Source: an uncultured Candidatus Binatia bacterium (GTDB lineage Bacteria > Desulfobacterota > Binatia > UBA9968 > CAXXLF01). From it: DNA of 64,000 bases. The stretch lies in the NCBI GenBank assembly GCA_965218425.1, contig OZ244621.1:512001-576000 (forward strand), read 5' to 3'. The translations under genes and the position numbers were made by a program. The notes beneath the pieces were generated by a model. The model worked only from the letters and a program-made list of their open reading frames with translations, had not been told where the DNA came from and searched no databases. How positions within the stretch are numbered: the first letter of the stretch is position 1; every line of letters starts with the position of its first letter. Shown here piece by piece: positions 10,714 through 21,346 of the stretch.

Positions 10714-11691
10714 ATGCAAAAAACTAAGGAGGAATCCCGGGTGGAGACTCTTGAATACGCCAATCTTATTCTTGCGGTCATTCTAGCGGCCTTGGCCACA
10801 CCCGTGGTTAAGTGGTTGGTGGTGCACGGTGGTAAGCTGGGGATTGCAAACCCCAATGCGATCTCATTCTGCAACATACTTTTTGTTGGCAACATCTGTT
10901 CAGGCGCCGTCGTATTAGCCACATTCGGTTGGAGAAGAATTTGGCATGAGCTAAGGGAACTGGATTCGAGAACCAACTTGCTGCTGGCCGGCAATTTACT
11001 CATTGGAACCGTTGTTGCTCCAATTTTGCTATACACGGCATTGGAAACCACTACTGTCACTAATCTCGTCCTTTTGACGAGAATTGAAGCGGTGGTTTAC
11101 TCCGTCCTCGGGGTTTTCATTTTCAAGGACCCCATTTCAAAGTCCAACTGGGTAGGATTAACCTTTATTACGGTGGGGACCTTGGCGCTGGCCTTTTCCC
11201 AGAGTCAACTTATGAAGGGGGACGGGCTGGGCTTGCTTGCTGGGATCCTTTTCGCTGTGGGATCCGCCTTGGGAAGGAGCGTATTGAAACAGATCAGCAC
11301 CTCTTCATTTGTTTTTATTCGTAATCTCGTAGGGGGCATCATATTTTTTTGGTTCGCCGTCATTCTCTACGGAGCACGCCATTTTGCCGATGCTTTTTCC
11401 GCGGATCTCTGGTTGGTCATGACTGTTTATGGCGCAGGGGTCGTGGTCCTGGGTCAGATGACGTGGTTTCGAGCAGTAAGCGCACTCTCCTCAGGGGTGG
11501 TTTCCGCCTGGTCAACCCTGACTCCACTACTAGGCGTCTTGTTCGCTTATCTCCTGGTTCATGAAATTCCAGATATGTCCCAATGGATCGCCGCGTTTAT
11601 CATTATTGGAGGATTGACCATCACACAGATTCCCCCGGCACGGATTGCCGCATCTCCCAGAATAGTGGAAAGGGGATTGGCGGGCGCGTGA
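10714..11691 (+). CDS. DMT/EamA-family transporter
   Basis: About 10 TM in two EamA-like repeats. Confidence 0.85.
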   Translation: MQKTKEESRVETLEYANLILAVILAALATPVVKWLVVHGGKLGIANPNAISFCNILFVGNICSGAVVLATFGWRRIWHELRELDSRTNLLLAGNLLIGTVVAPILLYTALETTTVTNLVLLTRIEAVVYSVLGVFIFKDPISKSNWVGLTFITVGTLALAFSQSQLMKGDGLGLLAGILFAVGSALGRSVLKQISTSSFVFIRNLVGGIIFFWFAVILYGARHFADAFSADLWLVMTVYGAGVVVLGQMTWFRAVSALSSGVVSAWSTLTPLLGVLFAYLLVHEIPDMSQWIAAFIIIGGLTITQIPPARIAASPRIVERGLAGA

Positions 11692-11734
11692 TACATGTTT
11701 TCTGAATTCATCAAGTTGAAGGAGGGCGAACATC

Positions 11735-12205
11735 ATGGAGGTTAGAAATTCAACCCTCGGTGAGTTGACTGCAGGGATCTTGAAATGCCTCAAGCAATCG
11801 GAATGGATCCCCATCCTGCTGGTCCGGCTGTCCGTGGGATTGCTTTTCTTCGAATCCGGGCGGGGTAAGCTTTTTGTTAAGTTAGAGGAACTGACGGAGT
11901 TCTTCGTCACACTGGGAATTCCCTTTCCTCACTTTAACGCGGTCTTTGTTTCTACCGTGGAGTTTGTGGGGGGAATTTGCCTCATTCTTGGCCTGGCAAC
12001 CCGCCTATTTTCGGCCCAGTTAACCGTCATCATGCTCGTTGCCATTTTCGCTTCTGAGGTCAAAAAAGTAAGCAACTTGGGAGACTTCTTGTACCTGCCG
12101 GAAGTATCGTTGCTAATAATCTTCCTATGGCTGATGTTTTCAGGACCCGGTAAAGTCAGCATCGATCACCTTCTATCACGCAAGCTAGGGTTCGAGGTGC
12201 AATAA
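11735..12205 (+). CDS. DoxX family membrane protein
   Basis: RLSVGLLFFESGRGK, EFVGGICLILGLATR, GPGKVSID. Confidence 0.9.
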   Translation: MEVRNSTLGELTAGILKCLKQSEWIPILLVRLSVGLLFFESGRGKLFVKLEELTEFFVTLGIPFPHFNAVFVSTVEFVGGICLILGLATRLFSAQLTVIMLVAIFASEVKKVSNLGDFLYLPEVSLLIIFLWLMFSGPGKVSIDHLLSRKLGFEVQ

Positions 12206-12237
12206 AATTAAGTCTGCACCGAGCAATTGTCTTTCAC

Positions 12238-13092
12238 GTGTTCCGTAAACTCTCACACCACTGGCCCGAGTATCTGATGGAGGCTGCCGGACTCGGGATC
12301 TTCATGCTTTCAGCCTGCATCTTTGCCACGGCCCTTGAGTACCCGGGCTCTCCATTGCAACAATCCATTGCCAACCCAATCATCCGTCGAGCCCTGATGG
12401 GCTTAGCCATGGGGCTGACGGCAGTCGGCATCATTTACTCGCCCTGGGGCAAGCAATCGGGTGCCCATATTAACCCATCTATTACCATTGCCTTTCTACG
12501 TCTCGGAAAAATTGAGCCCTGGGACGCGGTATTTTATATGACCGCTCAATTCATCGGGGGATTGTCGGCAGTCTTGATAATTGCCTTCCTCCTTGGAGGT
12601 GCACTGTCCCACCCCTCCGTTAATTACGTGGTCACCATTCCGGGCACAGACGGGACGGGCATTGCATTTCTCGCTGAATTCGTTATTTCCTTCATACTCA
12701 TGTCGGTTGTGTTGGTTGCCACCAACACCCAAAAGCTGGCCCGGTGGACCGGCCTCTTGGCCGGGGTCCTTGTAGCCACTTACATTACCGTGGAAACCCC
12801 ATTCTCTGGAATGAGCATGAACCCTGCTCGCACCCTCGCATCCGCTCTTCCGGCTCATCTGTGGACGGCACTCTGGGTATATTTTACCGCCCCCCTTGCG
12901 GGCATGCTTTCGGCAGCAGAGCTGTATTTAAGAATAGGCGGGGCACATGAGGTATTTTGTGCAAAGCTCCATCATCAGAATAACAAACGCTGCATATTCA
13001 GATGCGGTTACCGCACCCATGGGGAGCCGGTGAGGGGGAGTAAGGTTTCCACAGGAAGCGGAAACAATACGAAGGCGGACTCTGGATATTGA
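12238..13092 (+). CDS. Aquaporin / MIP family channel
   Basis: SGAHINPS and SMNPAR boxes, 6 TM, Cys/His C-terminal tail. Confidence 0.92.
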   Translation: MFRKLSHHWPEYLMEAAGLGIFMLSACIFATALEYPGSPLQQSIANPIIRRALMGLAMGLTAVGIIYSPWGKQSGAHINPSITIAFLRLGKIEPWDAVFYMTAQFIGGLSAVLIIAFLLGGALSHPSVNYVVTIPGTDGTGIAFLAEFVISFILMSVVLVATNTQKLARWTGLLAGVLVATYITVETPFSGMSMNPARTLASALPAHLWTALWVYFTAPLAGMLSAAELYLRIGGAHEVFCAKLHHQNNKRCIFRCGYRTHGEPVRGSKVSTGSGNNTKADSGY

Positions 13093-13115
13093 AGGCCTAA
13101 AGGGGAGGATGCACC

Positions 13116-14687
13116 ATGTCTCAGGATGAACATTATGATGTGATCATTATCGGAACGGGAGCGGGGGGAGGAACCCTCGCTCACAGGTTGGCACCCTCGG
13201 GAAGAAAGATCCTTCTGCTGGAGCGCGGAGGCTATGTGCCAAGGGAGAAGGACAACTGGAGCACCAAGGCGGTCAATCTCGACGGAAAGTATCAGACCAA
13301 AGAGCTATGGCACAACAAGGACGGCAAACCCTTGCACCCGCACACCAACTACTATGTAGGCGGTAACACGAAATTCTACGGAGCCGCATTGTTTCGACTA
13401 CGTAGAGAGGATTTTGGCGAGATCAAGCACCATGGCGGGGTCTCACCATCCTGGCCCATATCCTACGAAGACCTGCAATCCTACTACGCTCAGGCCGAGC
13501 AGCTCTACCACGTCCATGGAAAGCGTGGAGAGGATCCCACGGAACCGCAGGCCACCGATCCCTATCCGCATCCACCCGTAAGCCATGAACCGCGCATGCA
13601 GCACCTGAGTGATGACTTTGAGAGATCAGGCCTCCACCCATTTCATACCCCCCTTGGGGTGATGCTGAACGAGGGGAATCCAGAAAAGAGTCCGTGCATC
13701 CGTTGCGAAACATGCGACGGACACCCCTGCCTGGTAAATGCCAAGGCAGACGCACAGACGGTTTGTGTGGACCCAGCCCTCCTATACCCCAATGTCACGC
13801 TTCTAACCAACGCATACGTGAGCCGCCTGGAGACCAGCCCTTCAGGCCGCGAGGTTAGCAAAGTCGTGGTCCAACATGCGAATGACCTGCATGAGTTTTC
13901 CGCCAACATTGTGGTGATCTCCTGCGGGGCCATCAACTCGGCTGCACTCCTGTTACGCTCTTCCAACCAGAAGCATCCGCGCGGCCTGGCCAATGGCTCT
14001 GATGTGGTGGGCCGTCATTATATGGGACATGTCAATTCCGTGCTTATGGGGGTCTCCAAGTGTCCCAATCCAACCATTTTTCAAAAGACGCTTTCGCTAA
14101 ATGATTTCTACCTCCTCTCAAAGGAATGGAACTACCCCATGGGCCACATCTCCTTCGTGGGCAAGCTGGACCGGGACACTTTGCGGGCCGGCGCCCCCGC
14201 CATCGTACCGGGTTTTACCCTCGAGTTGATGGCCCAGCACTCCTTGGATTTCTGGCTCACCTCAGAAGATCTGCCGAACCCTAATAACCGGATTACTTTG
14301 GATGCCGGAAGTAACATCGTGCTTTCCTATCGCCCCAATAACGAAGAGGCTCATAAAAGGCTGGTGGCAAAGCTCAAGGACCTCATGAATCATCAATCCC
14401 AGTGTCCAGCCCACGGTCACCAATGCCACGTGGGTCTGTTTTCCAGGAACCTGTTTCTCGGTCAGCAAATTCCGCTGGCCGGTGTGGCACATCAAAACGG
14501 AACCATTCGCTTCGGACAGGACCCAAAGACTTCCGCCCTCGACAGCCACTGCAAAGCCCACGAGCTGGATAACCTGTACGTGGTAGACGCCAGCTTCTTC
14601 CCTTCCTCCGCCGCGGTGAATCCCGCACTGACGGTCATGGCCAACGCACTGCGCGTGGGGGATCATCTAATTGAGCGTATGAAATAA
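13116..14687 (+). CDS. GMC-family FAD oxidoreductase
   Basis: IIIGTGAGG FAD motif, CIRCETCDGHPC, HQNGT..FG, NLYVVDASFFP..NPALT. Confidence 0.93.
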   Translation: MSQDEHYDVIIIGTGAGGGTLAHRLAPSGRKILLLERGGYVPREKDNWSTKAVNLDGKYQTKELWHNKDGKPLHPHTNYYVGGNTKFYGAALFRLRREDFGEIKHHGGVSPSWPISYEDLQSYYAQAEQLYHVHGKRGEDPTEPQATDPYPHPPVSHEPRMQHLSDDFERSGLHPFHTPLGVMLNEGNPEKSPCIRCETCDGHPCLVNAKADAQTVCVDPALLYPNVTLLTNAYVSRLETSPSGREVSKVVVQHANDLHEFSANIVVISCGAINSAALLLRSSNQKHPRGLANGSDVVGRHYMGHVNSVLMGVSKCPNPTIFQKTLSLNDFYLLSKEWNYPMGHISFVGKLDRDTLRAGAPAIVPGFTLELMAQHSLDFWLTSEDLPNPNNRITLDAGSNIVLSYRPNNEEAHKRLVAKLKDLMNHQSQCPAHGHQCHVGLFSRNLFLGQQIPLAGVAHQNGTIRFGQDPKTSALDSHCKAHELDNLYVVDASFFPSSAAVNPALTVMANALRVGDHLIERMK

Positions 14688-14761
14688 GAACCCTCGAGAA
14701 CGGATGATTCAAATAGATAACATTATTCCGCCACCAACGGTTTTATTAAGGAGGTTTTCTT

Positions 14762-15622
14762 ATGGCAGAGTCTAAGAAGGATGAGCATCTACCCGATGTG
14801 GTCATGCCCGTGTGTGGAATCGAGAAAATATTGACTGGACAAAAAGCACTGGTTACGGGAGCCAATTCTGGCATCGGCAGAGGAATCGCTGAGGCGTTGG
14901 GGGAGGCAGGGGCAAACGTCGTGGTCAATTACTATTCCGGCGATCAAGCTGCCGAAGAAGTGGTGAAAGAGATAAAAGATCACGGTGGCAAAGCATTTGC
15001 TCACAAGGCCGATGTCTCCAAAGAAGATCAGGTTCAGGCCATGTTTCAACGCATGTTCAAGGATTTTGGCACCATTGATATTCTTATTAACAATGCTGGT
15101 CTCCAGATTGATGCACCCTTCGACGAGTTGACTCTGGAACAATGGAACGGCGTCATCAGTGTAAACCTGACGGGGCAATTCCTTTGTGCCCGGGAGGCCA
15201 TTCGTGAGTTCAAACGCCGAGGTGTGGTGGAATCGGTGTCTTGTTCTGCCGGTAAGATCATCTGTATCAGTTCCGTTCATGAGGTGATCCCTTGGGCGGG
15301 ACATGTGAACTACGCGGCTTCCAAGGGAGGCGTCATGCTCATGATGAAAAGCATCGCCCAAGAAGTTGCCCCCCATCGCATCCGAGTGAACAGTATCGCG
15401 CCGGGAGCCATCCGTACGCCAATCAATACTGCCGCCTGGAGTACCCCCGAAGCCTTCAACAAGCTGATGGGACTGGTTCCCTATAAGAGAATCGGCGAGG
15501 CAGTGGACATCGGTCGTGCGGCCGTATGGCTCGCATCGGACCACGCGGACTATATAACCGGCACCAGTTTATTCGTGGACGGAGGAATGACACTTTACCC
15601 CGGATTTGAAGAAGGTGGATGA
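14762..15622 (+). CDS. Glucose 1-dehydrogenase-like SDR
   Basis: TGANSGIG, NNAG, SSVHEVIPW, YAASK, FVDGGMTLYP. Confidence 0.88.
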   Translation: MAESKKDEHLPDVVMPVCGIEKILTGQKALVTGANSGIGRGIAEALGEAGANVVVNYYSGDQAAEEVVKEIKDHGGKAFAHKADVSKEDQVQAMFQRMFKDFGTIDILINNAGLQIDAPFDELTLEQWNGVISVNLTGQFLCAREAIREFKRRGVVESVSCSAGKIICISSVHEVIPWAGHVNYAASKGGVMLMMKSIAQEVAPHRIRVNSIAPGAIRTPINTAAWSTPEAFNKLMGLVPYKRIGEAVDIGRAAVWLASDHADYITGTSLFVDGGMTLYPGFEEGG

Positions 15623-16773
15623 TTGAAGAGAAGGCAGCTCAGCGCCTCGAAAGGCATGGACCAGAAGGCGCGCCAGCAGTGAAAATTCGCGCAATGTCTT
15701 ACAAAGTAACCACCTACGTCCGAATCCTCATAGTCCTAGTGCTGTGGACGGGGAGCACACCCGTTCAGCCATGGGCCGAAGACTGGCGAGTCCAGGCCGT
15801 AGATTCCGTGGAAATGACGGTTTCGGACATGGAGCGTTCAGTGGGCTTCTTTACAAAAGTTCTCTCCTTTAGGAAGGTGTCCAACGTTGAGCTAACCGGA
15901 CGCCCATACGAAAGGCTTCTGGGCCTGGTGGGTGTGCGAGTTCGCATGGTACGTTTGAAACTGGGCAATGAGTTTATCGTGCTCTCTCAATACATTGCGC
16001 CTCCCGGGGGCAGAACGATTCCCGAGGATTCCCGTAGTCATGACCTGTGGTTTCAACACATTGCCATTGTTGTCAGTGACATGGACAAGGCGTATCAGAA
16101 ACTACGCCGGCATGGAGTCAAACAGGTCTCCACTAAACCTCAAACCATACCAGAAACAAATCTTGCCGCCTCGGGCATCAGGGCGTTTAAGTTCCGGGAT
16201 CCGGACCACCACAATTTGGAGTTGCTCTATTTCCCTCCGGGGAAAGGCGATTCGCGGTGGCAAACCTCGAACCAACAACTATTCTTAGGAATCGACCACA
16301 CTGCCATCTCCATTAGTAATACAGAATCCAGTCTGAAATTTTACCGCGATTTCCTAGGACTGACCGTCGCAGGAGAAAGCTTCAATACCGGAATTGAACA
16401 GGAGCATCCGGACAACCTATTCGGGGCAACAGTCCAAATCACGGGACTCCACCCAGGTTCTCACCCTCCCGGAATCGAATTCCTTGAGTATGTAACTCCG
16501 CCGGGGAAACGACCCATACCGCCAGGCACAGAGGCCCATGACCTGTGGAGTTGGCAGATCCGGTTGGTGGGGAAAGATGTGAACTTAGCCGAACGACGAA
16601 TGAGCAGAGCGGGTTACCGCAAAGTATCATCGGCGGGTTCCAAATTCAGCGATCACAGGTCAGGATTCTTCAAGGGTCTCGTGATCCTTGATCCTGACAG
16701 CCACAGGGTTCTTTTAATCGAGAACCCTAGTTTACACGTGATAAAGTCCTCACGAACGGATTCCAGTGCTTAA
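15619..16773 (+). CDS. Tandem VOC (glyoxalase-like) domain protein with probable signal peptide
   Basis: VSDMERSVGFF, FQHIAIVV, FRDPDHHNLEL, IDHTAI; ATGA overlap with the SDR. Confidence 0.85.
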   Translation: MIEEKAAQRLERHGPEGAPAVKIRAMSYKVTTYVRILIVLVLWTGSTPVQPWAEDWRVQAVDSVEMTVSDMERSVGFFTKVLSFRKVSNVELTGRPYERLLGLVGVRVRMVRLKLGNEFIVLSQYIAPPGGRTIPEDSRSHDLWFQHIAIVVSDMDKAYQKLRRHGVKQVSTKPQTIPETNLAASGIRAFKFRDPDHHNLELLYFPPGKGDSRWQTSNQQLFLGIDHTAISISNTESSLKFYRDFLGLTVAGESFNTGIEQEHPDNLFGATVQITGLHPGSHPPGIEFLEYVTPPGKRPIPPGTEAHDLWSWQIRLVGKDVNLAERRMSRAGYRKVSSAGSKFSDHRSGFFKGLVILDPDSHRVLLIENPSLHVIKSSRTDSSA

Positions 16774-16891
16774 GGAAGACTTGGTCCGGGCTCCAGTTCC
16801 CTCTATACTATACCAGGCAATGGGAGTTGGCTCCCACCCAGGACTTTGATGCAAAAAAATTACATTATTTATGAATTAGAAAGGTAACACC

Positions 16892-18712
16892 ATGGCATAT
16901 CAACCAATTGAAGACTACGGAATCATAGGCGACATGCATACGGCCGCCCTGGTGGGGATGGACGGCTCCATCGATTGGTTTTGCTTTCCGAATTTTGACT
17001 CCCCCAGCGTCTTTGCAGCTATACTCGACGACAAAAAGGGCGGGCGATTTAAGATTACCGGAGTGGACAAAGGGATTATGCACAAGCAGTTCTACTGGCC
17101 TGAGACCAACATCCTGGTGACCCGGTTCCTTTCCACCGATGGGGTAGGAGAGATCATAGACTTTATGCCGGTGGGAGAACTGGTGGACGGTCACGGACAC
17201 CACCAGGTGGTCCGTAGAGTCACCGTGGTCCGTGGCAGCATGCTGTTTAAGATGGATTGCACCCCCGCTTTTAACTACGCCCGAGACAAGCATGAGGTAT
17301 CCTTGACCCCAGCGGGCGCCTGCTTTCATTCCCCGGCGCTCAGCCTGGGGCTGGTCACCACAGTGCCCCTGAAAAAGAACGGTTCAGGGGTCACCGCGGA
17401 GTTCTCGCTCCACGAGGGAGAGTCGGCAACTTTTATTCTTCAAGACGTAGATTCCAACACCGGTTGCGGGTTGGGACTTTCCGAGCCGGAGGCATTCGAG
17501 CTCTTCAAAAAGACGGTAAATTACTGGCGCCGCTGGATTTCCACGTGCACCTACCGGGGACGGTGGCGGGAGATCGTGCACCGCTCTGCGCTGGCACTGA
17601 AGCTGATGACCTTTGCACCCACAGGAGCCATCGTCGCGTCGCCCACCTGCAGCCTTCCGGAAGGAGTGGGAGGAGAGCGCAACTGGGACTACCGGTTCAC
17701 GTGGGTCCGGGATGCGGCTTTCACGATTTATGGCTTGATGCGTATTGGCTTTACCGACGCGGCTGCCGAGTTCATGCACTGGATAGAAGCTCGCTGCCAT
17801 GAGTTGAATCCCGACGGCTCTCTTAACATTATGTATCGCATTGACGGGAGCCATATTGAGTCCGAAGAGATTTTAAACCACCTGGAAGGCTACAAGAAAT
17901 CCCGTCCGGTTCGAATCGGAAACGGCGCAGCCAACCAGCTCCAGCTGGACATCTACGGGGAGCTCATGGATTCGGTCTACCTCTATAACAAATACGGAAG
18001 CCCAATCTCTTACGATCTCTGGACCCACCTGAGACAACTGGTTAACTGGGTTTGCGGAAACTGGCGACGCAAGGACGAAGGGATTTGGGAGGTGCGGGGC
18101 GGACAGCAAGACTTTCTGTACTCCAAGCTCATGTGCTGGGTTGCAGTGGACCGCGGCCTACGCCTGGCAGACAAGCGATCCTTCCCCGCCGACCGTGAGC
18201 GCTGGTTGAAAGTTCGTGATGAAATCTACGAGGAAATCATGAATCAGGGGTGGAATCCCAAACGTGAGGCCTTCGTGCAACATTACGGAAGCAGTCATCT
18301 CGACGCGGCCAACCTGATGATGCCATTAGTTTTTTTCGTCTCTCCCACCGATCCCCGTATGCTCAAGACTCTGGATGCCACAATGCAGCCGCCGGAAAAG
18401 GGCGGGCTACTTTCCAACAGTCTGGTTTATCGGTACGACGTGGAGGAAACAGCGGACGGGCTAAAGGGAGAAGAAGGGACATTCAATATCTGTACCTTCT
18501 GGCTGGTTGAGGCGCTGACCCGGGCAGGCCGCTTGGATGAGGCAAGGCTCATGTTCGAGCAGATGCTGGGTTATGCCAACCATGTAGGTCTATATGCCGA
18601 AGAAACCGGCCACAGGGGCGAGGGGCTGGGTAATTTTCCGCAGGCCTTTACGCATCTGGCGTTGATCAGTGCCGGATTCAATCTTGACCGAGCCCTTGGG
18701 ACTCGAGGTTAG
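16892..18712 (+). CDS. Glycoside hydrolase family 15 (trehalase/glucoamylase-like)
   Basis: [47 protein letters not shown]. Confidence 0.95.
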   Translation: MAYQPIEDYGIIGDMHTAALVGMDGSIDWFCFPNFDSPSVFAAILDDKKGGRFKITGVDKGIMHKQFYWPETNILVTRFLSTDGVGEIIDFMPVGELVDGHGHHQVVRRVTVVRGSMLFKMDCTPAFNYARDKHEVSLTPAGACFHSPALSLGLVTTVPLKKNGSGVTAEFSLHEGESATFILQDVDSNTGCGLGLSEPEAFELFKKTVNYWRRWISTCTYRGRWREIVHRSALALKLMTFAPTGAIVASPTCSLPEGVGGERNWDYRFTWVRDAAFTIYGLMRIGFTDAAAEFMHWIEARCHELNPDGSLNIMYRIDGSHIESEEILNHLEGYKKSRPVRIGNGAANQLQLDIYGELMDSVYLYNKYGSPISYDLWTHLRQLVNWVCGNWRRKDEGIWEVRGGQQDFLYSKLMCWVAVDRGLRLADKRSFPADRERWLKVRDEIYEEIMNQGWNPKREAFVQHYGSSHLDAANLMMPLVFFVSPTDPRMLKTLDATMQPPEKGGLLSNSLVYRYDVEETADGLKGEEGTFNICTFWLVEALTRAGRLDEARLMFEQMLGYANHVGLYAEETGHRGEGLGNFPQAFTHLALISAGFNLDRALGTRG

Positions 18713-18779
18713 TCCCGAACCGTCAGAAACACTTGGATTTGCGCGACCGTGGAGTTCATGTTGCAAGAACTTTAGCCGT

Positions 18780-19204
18780 ATGGGCAAAGGAGTTCAGTGA
18801 AAAAGAGATCTCCGGCTACTTCAAGCCCAATGGCCCCCCCTCTCTTGGATCAAAAATATGTTCAAGACGGTCTTAGGGGGTGGGCAAGTTGGAGACTGGA
18901 GGTTACGGGACAGGTCAAGAAACCCAGGAAATTTTCTCTGACCCATCTGAAGAGAATTGCCTCAAGAACCCAGATCACCCGTGACGATTGTGTGCAGGGG
19001 TGGAGCGCCATCGCGAAGTGGAAAGGCGTACCATTTTCTGAGGTCATGAAAGTGGTTCAGCCAAATCCAGTGGAAACGCAGCTGGGTTATAAGATGGCAA
19101 AGTATATCACCAAAATCGAATTTGTTGCTAGCATCGAAGAGATCCGCGGGGGAAAGGGAGGATAGTTGGAGGACTTGGGGTACGCATGGTACGCCGGGAT
19201 TTAA
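18780..19204 (+). pseudogene. Degraded MsrP/YedY-like molybdopterin-binding oxidoreductase
   Basis: WRLEVTGQV, QITRDDCVQGWS, QLGYKMAKY and C-terminal EDLGYAWYAGI after a TAG; frameshift at a C run; middle segment missing. Confidence 0.75.
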
Positions 19205-19224
19205 TGGATGGGGTTTTTGAATAG

Positions 19225-20196
19225 ATGAAACACACAATTTCACAGACCGAGTTCGAAGGATTTAGGGCATACCGGATGAAATCGGAAGACGCCCTGGTCA
19301 CGGCGACGTTTGTCCCTGATTGCGGTATGGTGGGAGCATCTCTAACCCACAGAGGCGAAGAATTGCTGGTTCAAGAAGACGGTCTGAAGGCCTACGTTGA
19401 GCATGGTAAAACCTTCGGTATTCCTTTGCTACACCCATGGGGCAACCGGTTGCAAAGTGACGTCTATCGGGTTGGAGAAACAGTAGCCGACCTAAAGCCG
19501 GTGACCACACTCGTGGCTCGCGATCCCAACAGTCTACCCATTCACGGCTTAGCCGCAGGCCGCAAGGGGTGGACCGTGACGGAGCTAACTCCAGGCATGA
19601 CCTATGCACGTCTCAGTGCAAAATTAGAGGTGAATTCAGATTCAGAGATCTTCGCCGGTTTTCCGTTCCCCCATCGGTTAGAACATAGAATTACCCTGTC
19701 GGGATTCCGTGGGGGCGCCTCTCTTTCCATTGAGACAACGTTGACCGCCACCGGGGACCTGGGCGTTCCCGTTGTGTTCGGATGGCACCCCTATTTCCAT
19801 CTGCCCGGAGTAAAACGTGAAGATTGGATCGTTGACGTGCCTGTGCGCCGACATTACACGCTCAGCGAGCAGAATCTTCCCACAACGGACCGCGAACCTG
19901 TGGCCGTGAAAAAGGGACCCCTCGGTAACCGAATATACGATGATCTGTTCGATGAATTGGTATGCGCAAACGGTAATCGAGCCGCATTTACCCTGGAGGG
20001 AGGACAAAGAAACCTGGCTGTGTGCTTTGAATACGGCTATCCCTATGCAATCGTATGGGCTCCCGCGGGCCGGGACCTCATCTGTTTTGAGCCCATGACC
20101 GCGGCCACCAACGCCCTCGCCAGTGGATGGCCCGAATTGATTAGTGTGGAACCTGGTGATTCCTACGAGGCCCGATTTTCAATTCTCGTGAGTTGA
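19225..20196 (+). CDS. Aldose 1-epimerase (mutarotase) family protein
   Basis: GIPLLHPWGNR, IHG, GWHPYF, ICFEP. Confidence 0.9.
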   Translation: MKHTISQTEFEGFRAYRMKSEDALVTATFVPDCGMVGASLTHRGEELLVQEDGLKAYVEHGKTFGIPLLHPWGNRLQSDVYRVGETVADLKPVTTLVARDPNSLPIHGLAAGRKGWTVTELTPGMTYARLSAKLEVNSDSEIFAGFPFPHRLEHRITLSGFRGGASLSIETTLTATGDLGVPVVFGWHPYFHLPGVKREDWIVDVPVRRHYTLSEQNLPTTDREPVAVKKGPLGNRIYDDLFDELVCANGNRAAFTLEGGQRNLAVCFEYGYPYAIVWAPAGRDLICFEPMTAATNALASGWPELISVEPGDSYEARFSILVS

Positions 20197-20393
20197 GGTG
20201 AACCGGAGTCTCGCCCATGCTTCGAATTGGGCCCGTTGTCTTGCCCCCTCCCGCCAAAGGACGAAAGCGGAAGAAATGCCTCAAAGCACAAGCAGAGACC
20301 GCTGAATAAAATGCTGGATGAGTAATAATTAAAGGGGCGATCCAACGGACCTTGATTGTTGGATTATTCAATTAAAAAGGAGAGTCAAAGGCC

Positions 20394-21267
20394 ATGAAAC
20401 GTGTTTTTCTGTTTATTGCTACCAACTTGGCCATCATTATACTGCTCAGTATAACGTTACGTATCCTGGGAGTAGACAGCATCCTTGACGAGCGGGGTGT
20501 GAACTTAAATATAAACGCCCTATTGATATTTTCCGCTGTGTTCGGCATGGGGGGCTCGTTCATCTCCCTTGCCATCTCCAAATAGACGGCCAAGCGGCTA
20601 ACAGGGGCCCACGTCATCAATCGGCCACGAAACGATGCAGAGGGTTGGCTCGTTAATACAGTGAAACGCAGCCGGAATCGGCATGCCCGAAGTGGCCATC
20701 TACGACTCACCAGACCCAAACGCTTTCGCCACCGGTGCACGCCGAAACAACGCCCTGGTGGCTGTGAGTACCGGCCTCCTGGACAGCATGAAGGCCGAGG
20801 AAGTGGATGCCGTGCTCGCCCACGAGGTGAGTCACATTGCCAACGGTGACATGGTAACTCTTGCCCTTGTACAGGGGGTTGTAAACACGTTCGTTATCTT
20901 TTTGGCTCGCGTCATCGGCCATATAGTAGACCGGGTGGTTTTCAGGAATGAACGTGGTTATGGCATAGGCTATTTCATTGTCGTCATTGTAGCCCAACTC
21001 GTCCTAGGCATGCTTGCAAGTGTGATCGTCTTCTGGTTCTCCCGGCGACGCGAGTTTCGGGCCGACGCCGGCGCTGCGCGCCTGTCAGGAAGAGACAAGA
21101 TGATAGCGGCCCTGGAGTCCCTGAAGCGTAGTAGCAAGCGGGCACAGCTTCCCGAGCAGATCGAAGCCTTCGGCATTTCGGGCGGAGAAAAGGGCGGCAT
21201 CAGGCGGTTGTTCATGACCCATCCGCCACTGAGCGAGCGTATCGCGGCCCTCAAACTGGGAGTGTGA
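20394..21267 (+). pseudogene. htpX: Protease HtpX interrupted by a nonsense codon and a frameshift
   Basis: [11 protein letters not shown]...SFISLAISK then TAG 20583; second frame has MPEVAIY, PNAFATG, HEVSH, REFRAD, THPPL. Confidence 0.9.
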
Positions 21268-21346
21268 AAAGGCGGGAATTGTTATTACCGCTGGATAGAA
21301 GTCAAAACGATCCCGTATCGTGCGCCAAGAGGAGGGTCCCCTCCTA

